Positions 59,376 through 64,000 of a stretch of DNA of 64,000 nucleotides are shown piece by piece. The notes beneath the pieces were generated by a model, which was not told the origin of the DNA, made no database searches, and saw nothing but the letters and a program-made list of their open reading frames with translations. The position numbers and the translations under genes are program-made. How positions within the stretch are numbered: the stretch's first letter is position 1; the number at the start of each line of letters is the position of its first letter. Source of the stretch: a bacterium (GTDB lineage: Bacteria; Hydrothermota; Tepidihabitantia; Tepidihabitantales; Tepidihabitantaceae); contig DATJQV010000081.1 in NCBI GenBank assembly GCA_035505375.1, positions 151,423-215,422 of the forward strand, in the 5' to 3' direction.

Positions 59376-60188
59376 CTAGTCCCCGGCCCCTGTCCCAACT
59401 GCCTGCGCCAGCGCCGATGCGTTGTCGAGCAGCGCCTGGCGGTAGGACCCGTGCAGCGGGAAGTTGGTCAGGGTGACGTGCTTTGCCTTGAGCGCCTCGG
59501 CGAGCGGCCTGCCCGCGTCCGGGCCGGATTGCAGATTATCGACGACGAGGCTTGCGCCGGAGTCGAGCGCGACGCGAGCCAGGCGGGTGAGTCCCTGAGC
59601 GGTGAAGTCCTCGGCCCGACCAAAGGTCGCCACCACCCGGAATCCGAGTGACGCGACGAACGGCGCCTGCTGGTCAGCCGCGATTACCGCCGGCAGTTGC
59701 TTTCCTGCGAGCAGCGTCCGTGCGGCAACCGCGGCCGAGTCGACATCGGCCCCGTAGCGCAACCCTGCCAGCCGATATGTGTCGGCGTGCCCCGGGTCGA
59801 GTCCCTGCAACAAGGTGGTAATTTCAGCGGCTGCCTGCTTCTGTAGTTCGGGAATCATCCAGTTTCCCTGTGTCGCAAGCGTCACTCTCCTCGGGCCGGG
59901 CGGGATGATCGCCTTCTCCAGCGCCGGGTACCAGGCTTCCCAGCCGTGGTTCAGGATGAGCCGGGCGTTGTTCGCCGCAGTCACATCCGACGGCTTCAGG
60001 TCGAACTGCCCCGGACACAGCCCGGCCGGGGCAATGGTAGTGACTGCGAATCGGTCACCGCCAATCGTTTGTACAATCGTGCTGATGAGCGTGGTAGAGG
60101 CGACCACACGGATTCGGCCTGACGGCCGGGCGCAACCGAAGATCGTAACCCCGACGAGGAACAATCGCATCAAGAGCTTCTTTGCCAT
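59376..60188 (-). CDS. znuA: TroA/ZnuA-family metal-binding periplasmic lipoprotein
   Basis: Lipobox IFGC and the ZnuA/TroA fold pattern. The start is taken at MAKKLL. Confidence 0.7.
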   Translation of the reverse strand: MAKKLLMRLFLVGVTIFGCARPSGRIRVVASTTLISTIVQTIGGDRFAVTTIAPAGLCPGQFDLKPSDVTAANNARLILNHGWEAWYPALEKAIIPPGPRRVTLATQGNWMIPELQKQAAAEITTLLQGLDPGHADTYRLAGLRYGADVDSAAVAARTLLAGKQLPAVIAADQQAPFVASLGFRVVATFGRAEDFTAQGLTRLARVALDSGASLVVDNLQSGPDAGRPLAEALKAKHVTLTNFPLHGSYRQALLDNASALAQAVGTGAGD

Positions 60189-60189
60189 G

Positions 60190-60666
60190 TCAGGAACTCC
60201 TCGCATGGTGTGCCTCGTGTTGGTGTGCTCGGGCGAGCGGACAGCGCGCCGGGGTCAGGGTCAGGCTGCCTTGTCGTACGCCCTTGAGCGCGAGCAGGCG
60301 GTTGGCGAGTTCCCGCAGGTCGGCCGCCGGGCCGCGGAGAATCAGCACTTCGAGGCACTCGTGCCGGTCGAGATGGACATGAGTCGAGGAAACGACCTCG
60401 GCAAAGGCATCGTGCTGCACCTGCATCAGGCGCCGCGCCAACTCCGGCTGGTCGTGCCCGTAGACGTATGACAGCACGCCCACTGCTGAGCCGGACTCAA
60501 GTTCTGATTCGGCCAGCCGGCTTCGCACCAGGTCGCGGATTGCCTTGGAACGGGACCAGCCTGTCTTCCGGAGAAGGGCCTCAAACCCGGTCAGCAGCTC
60601 CGGCTCCATCGAGACGCTGAACCGCACCGCCCCGGCTTCTTCGTCATGGTTCTCGGTGTTACGCAT
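60190..60666 (-). CDS. nikR: Nickel-responsive regulator NikR-like (ribbon-helix-helix plus C-terminal metal-binding domain)
   Basis: VRFSVSMEPELLTGFEALLRKTGWSRSKAIRDLVRSRL is the RHH domain. The C-terminal domain carries His/Cys metal ligands (HVHLDRHEC...). It is embedded in a longer, meaningless ORF (60190-61593). Confidence 0.65.
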   Translation of the reverse strand: MRNTENHDEEAGAVRFSVSMEPELLTGFEALLRKTGWSRSKAIRDLVRSRLAESELESGSAVGVLSYVYGHDQPELARRLMQVQHDAFAEVVSSTHVHLDRHECLEVLILRGPAADLRELANRLLALKGVRQGSLTLTPARCPLARAHQHEAHHARSS

Positions 60667-60756
60667 CCCCAAATCGTAATACCGACGGGGTCTCCGGTCA
60701 AGCCGGGTGAGGCGAAGATTGACACGCGTGCCGACGGGAATATGCTCAGGGCGACC

Positions 60757-62232
60757 ATGAGACCTATAGGACGGATTGGACCTATATGTCTTACCTTGTT
60801 CTGCGCGTTCGCAACGGCGCACGCCGCTACCGTCACCTGGGACACAATCACCAGGCTCACCGCCAACTCCGCGAACCAGGTAACGGGCCGCTCCGGTCAA
60901 CACGGCCTCGCGGTCGATGCATCGGGCGATGTCCACGTCGTCTGGCTGGACCAGCGTACCGTCCCGTATCAGGTCTGGTATCGGCGATACGACGCGGGCA
61001 CGAGCACGTGGCTGGCCGAGACTACGCTGACCACGCAGCAGGCCAATTGTTCTCAACCGGGAATGGCCTGTGACAGCGCGGGCAACATACATGTCGCCTG
61101 GCAGGTCATGAACTGGAACCCCCTTGGGGTCGGCACCTGGGCCAAACGTTACAACGTTTCGACGCATCACTGGCGGGTCGACACCTTGATTGACAGCACC
61201 GGCACGAGCCAGCCACAGCAGTATCCCTCGGTTGCCTGTGTGCCCGGCACCGGCGATTTGGAAGTAGCCCTGTACAAACTGCCTGACACCGGTATGTACA
61301 CCCAGGTTTTCCTCAAAGAGTGGCATCCGGCAACCGGATGGGACTCCGTGGTGCAAGTCTCGTCTGCGGCAGTCAACCATGACCAGGTGTCGGTCGCGGC
61401 GGGTCTGAACGGCGATGTCGCGGTTATCTGGGTCGGCAAGGACCTCGGCGATGCTTACAGCCAGGTCTACTGCCGCCGCCGCGTCGGCGGAACATGGCAG
61501 GGAGTCGAACTTGTCTCCGCCCCTGCCGGGCTGAGCCAGTATTCGCCCTGCGCCGCGTTCGACCGGGAAGGCGCCGTCCACGTCGTCTGGCACGGCTTGG
61601 CGGGCTCATACCAGCAGGTCTTTCACCGAGAATGCGATGCCGGAACCTGGTCCGGCGTCGACGACGTAAGCGGACAGCAGTCATACCAGCAGGAGTTTCC
61701 CTCAATAGCGTGCGATGCGGCCGGACGATGCCACGTGGTCTGGTGCAGCCAGGCCGGCGGCACCAACTATCAACTTGCCTATGCCCAGCGCGATACCGAC
61801 GGGGTCTGGAGTTCGCCAACCACACTCACCGCGCTCGACTCCGGAAGCGTCAACTACCCTTCAATTGCCTGCGACGCCGTCTCAGGCATCCACATCGTCT
61901 GGTACGACAATCACACCGGCAACCAGGACGTCTACTACCTCCACGGCGTCCCTGCGGGCACGGGCGTCCTCGAAACCCGTCCCTCGTCCGTCGTCCCTCG
62001 TCCCTACACTGCCGCGACACTAGTCCGTGGCGTGCTCTTCTTGAGAGGAAGCCGAAGAGCAAGCTCAAGCCCAGGCCCAGGCTGCGTGCTCGACATCAGC
62101 GGCAGGAAGGTCCTCGATCTACTGCCGGGCGCAAATGACGTGCGGGGGTTGGCTCCAGGGGTGTACTTCGTGAGGGAGGCTCAGACGCAGGTTCAAGCAC
62201 AAGCTGTCTCGAAGATCGCGATTACGAGGTAA
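60757..62232 (+). CDS. BNR-like Trp-rich repeat secreted protein with a T9SS/FlgD-Ig CTD
   Basis: Signal MRPIGRIGPICLTLFCAFATAHA. Repeats resemble those of 25416-26834. The CTD is ANDVRGLAPGVYFVREAQ. Confidence 0.6.
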   Translation: MRPIGRIGPICLTLFCAFATAHAATVTWDTITRLTANSANQVTGRSGQHGLAVDASGDVHVVWLDQRTVPYQVWYRRYDAGTSTWLAETTLTTQQANCSQPGMACDSAGNIHVAWQVMNWNPLGVGTWAKRYNVSTHHWRVDTLIDSTGTSQPQQYPSVACVPGTGDLEVALYKLPDTGMYTQVFLKEWHPATGWDSVVQVSSAAVNHDQVSVAAGLNGDVAVIWVGKDLGDAYSQVYCRRRVGGTWQGVELVSAPAGLSQYSPCAAFDREGAVHVVWHGLAGSYQQVFHRECDAGTWSGVDDVSGQQSYQQEFPSIACDAAGRCHVVWCSQAGGTNYQLAYAQRDTDGVWSSPTTLTALDSGSVNYPSIACDAVSGIHIVWYDNHTGNQDVYYLHGVPAGTGVLETRPSSVVPRPYTAATLVRGVLFLRGSRRASSSPGPGCVLDISGRKVLDLLPGANDVRGLAPGVYFVREAQTQVQAQAVSKIAITR

Positions 62233-62241
62233 GGAGACGCT

Positions 62242-64000
62242 ATGAGGACATCGAGCGTACTGCTGGCCGTCTGCTGCTGCCTGTCGGCGGCCAGCGGACA
62301 GACCTTGGAGACCACCATCTATCTGCCCGACTCGCTCGGCGGGCTGTCTCAACCGCAGTGTCTGGCGTATGACTCGGCCAGCAACACTGTCTACGTCGCC
62401 GGCACGTACGGCAACTACGTGCTGGCCATTGATGGCGCGGCCAACCAGAAGCTGGCCAGAATCCCGATCGGGTCGCTCGGAAGCGCCCTCTGCTACAACC
62501 CGACCAAAAACAAGGTCTACTGCGCAAATCTCTACAGCGACAAGGTAACCGTCGTGGATGGCGTAACCAACGGAGTTATCGCCACCGTGACTGTAGGTAG
62601 CAATCCTTTGGCTCTCTGTTACAACCCGACGAACAGCAAGGTCTATTGCGCGAACGAACACAGTGGTAGTGTGACCGTGATTGATGGCGCGACTGACAGC
62701 GCCATCGCTACCGTGGCTACAGGTAGCTATCCTCGTGCCTTCTGTTACAACCCGACCAATAACAGGGTCTACTGTGCGAACTACAGCAGCGCCAACGTGA
62801 CCGTGATTGACGGTGCCGCCGACAGCGTCATCGCCACCGTGACAGCAGGTAGCCACCCTTATGCCCTCTGCTACAACGCGACCAGCAACAAAGTCTACTG
62901 TGCGAATGAGGGCAGCGACAACGTTACGGTGATAGACGGCGCGACTGACAGCGTCATCGCCACCGTGACTGCGGGTGTCCACCCGTGGGCCCTGAGCTAC
63001 AACCCGACGAACAATAGGGTCTACTGCGCGAACGAGGCAGACACGACCGTGACCGTGATTGACGGCGCGAATGACCGTGTCATCGCCACCGTGGCTGCAG
63101 TCCTCCACCCCGATGCGCTTTGCTACAATCGCGCTAATGACAAGGTCTTCTGCGCGGACGCGGGCGGCGATGTGACGGTAATTGACGGCGCCACCGACAG
63201 CGTCATCGCCACAGTGGCCGCAGGAAGCTACCCCTGTGCCATTTGCTACAACTTGGCCAACAACAAGGTCTGCTGTGCCAATCAAAACAGCGGCAACGTG
63301 ACCGTGATAGACGGCGAGAGCAACGAGGTCATCGCCACCGTGGGCACAGGCACGTGGCCGTACGCTCTCTGCTACAACCTGACCAAAAACAAGGTCTACT
63401 GTGCGAACAATAGCAGTTGCAGCGTGACCGTGATAGACGGCGGGAGTAACGAGGTCATCGCCACGGTCGCCACAGGTGAAATGCCCGAGGCCCTCTGCTA
63501 CAGCATGACCAACGACAAGGTCTACTGCGCGAATTGGATGGTCGGAGACGTGACCGTGATAGATGGTGTGACCGACGGCGTCATCGCTACAGTAGCTACC
63601 GGTGGGAGTCCTAGCGCTCTCTGCCACGACTCGGCCAATGATAAAGTCTACTGCGCGAGCTTTGACGGCGGCGTGACCGTGATTGACGGCGCAACTGACA
63701 GTGTCATCGCCACCGTTGCCACTGGCAGCGGCCCGAGTGCCCTCTGCTACAACACGGCCCGCAACAAGGTCTACTGTGCGAACTCCTACAGCGACAACGT
63801 GACCGTGATAGACGGTGTCGCCGACAGCGTCATCGCCACCGTGACTACGGGCAGTGAACCCTATGCCCTCTGCTACAACCCGACGAACGATAGGGTGTAC
63901 TGCGCGAATCGGGGTAGCGACAGCGTGACCGTCATGGACGGCGCAACTGACAGTGTCATCGCCACCGTTGCCACTGGCAGCGGCCCGAGTGCCCTCTGCT
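62242..64000 (+). CDS. YVTN-family beta-propeller repeat protein, N-terminal part; the gene runs off the window end
   Basis: AAGGAG lies 5 nt upstream of the ATG. Signal peptide MRTSSVLLAVCCCLSAASGQT. At least 13 tandem repeats of about 42 aa (126 nt) with the consensus KVYCAN..S..VTVIDGATDSVIATV.TGS.P.ALCYNPTNN. It is absent from the ORF track because it has no stop inside the window. Confidence 0.7.
   Translation, partial: MRTSSVLLAVCCCLSAASGQTLETTIYLPDSLGGLSQPQCLAYDSASNTVYVAGTYGNYVLAIDGAANQKLARIPIGSLGSALCYNPTKNKVYCANLYSDKVTVVDGVTNGVIATVTVGSNPLALCYNPTNSKVYCANEHSGSVTVIDGATDSAIATVATGSYPRAFCYNPTNNRVYCANYSSANVTVIDGAADSVIATVTAGSHPYALCYNATSNKVYCANEGSDNVTVIDGATDSVIATVTAGVHPWALSYNPTNNRVYCANEADTTVTVIDGANDRVIATVAAVLHPDALCYNRANDKVFCADAGGDVTVIDGATDSVIATVAAGSYPCAICYNLANNKVCCANQNSGNVTVIDGESNEVIATVGTGTWPYALCYNLTKNKVYCANNSSCSVTVIDGGSNEVIATVATGEMPEALCYSMTNDKVYCANWMVGDVTVIDGVTDGVIATVATGGSPSALCHDSANDKVYCASFDGGVTVIDGATDSVIATVATGSGPSALCYNTARNKVYCANSYSDNVTVIDGVADSVIATVTTGSEPYALCYNPTNDRVYCANRGSDSVTVMDGATDSVIATVATGSGPSALC

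Noticed and set aside
60190-61593. 467-aa minus-strand ORF
   Set aside because: Only the C-terminal 158 aa (NikR) look like a real protein. The upstream 300 codons are antisense to the BNR-like gene at 60757-62232.
62119-63627. 502-aa minus-strand ORF
   Set aside because: It is antisense to the YVTN repeat gene. A periodic, Val/His/Gly/Asp-rich translation with no start context is what a shadow ORF of a tandem repeat looks like.

Overview
The window is a 64 kb stretch of high-GC (about 60-66%) bacterial chromosome. It most likely comes from an uncultivated FCB-group-like lineage, judged from the many secreted proteins ending in a FlgD-Ig/T9SS-type C-terminal sorting domain and from McsA/McsB, SelA and LolCDE.

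Layout:
- 1-20 kb: a cell-surface glycan locus, all on the minus strand. It holds a complete pseudaminic-acid pathway (PseB, PseC, PseF, a PseG-PseH fusion, PseI, a PseA-like amidotransferase) plus a KpsS/KpsC-like putative transferase and a GT2 fragment at the window edge. It also holds a Wzm/Wzt ABC exporter, two SDR epimerases including GalE, an MBOAT/DltD-like O-acylation pair and a GT39/ArnT-like membrane glycosyltransferase.
- 20-36 kb: tRNA-Asp(GTC), secreted or lipoprotein hypotheticals, a SAM methyltransferase, a BNR-repeat protein and three tandem paralogous T9SS-CTD proteins. Also YkgJ, a DAG-kinase-family lipid kinase, small lipoproteins, a beta-helix lipoprotein and PrsW.
- 37-41 kb: transaldolase, then a ribokinase whose 5' end is interrupted by a lower-GC single-gene island (AIPR-like abortive-infection candidate), then a DUF360 membrane protein.
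- 43-64 kb: housekeeping genes. These are lysS, lolE/lolD, mcsA/mcsB, selA, a saccharopine-dehydrogenase-family gene, DUF2007, ppdK, pckA, a ZnuABC-type metal transporter with NikR, a BNR-like T9SS protein and a YVTN beta-propeller repeat protein running off the end.

Several repeat systems are superimposed on this:
- three four-helix-bundle (PF05635-like) genes, each sitting between inverted repeats built from tandem heptamers;
- the same heptamer and palindromic elements inserted in-frame inside conserved genes (ribokinase, lolD, selA, saccharopine DH, epimerase);
- a dispersed roughly 35-nt intergenic repeat;
- three 12-nt-periodic tandem arrays, two of them part of a duplicated module together with a small ORF.

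No rRNA, CRISPR array, integrase or transposase was recognised.
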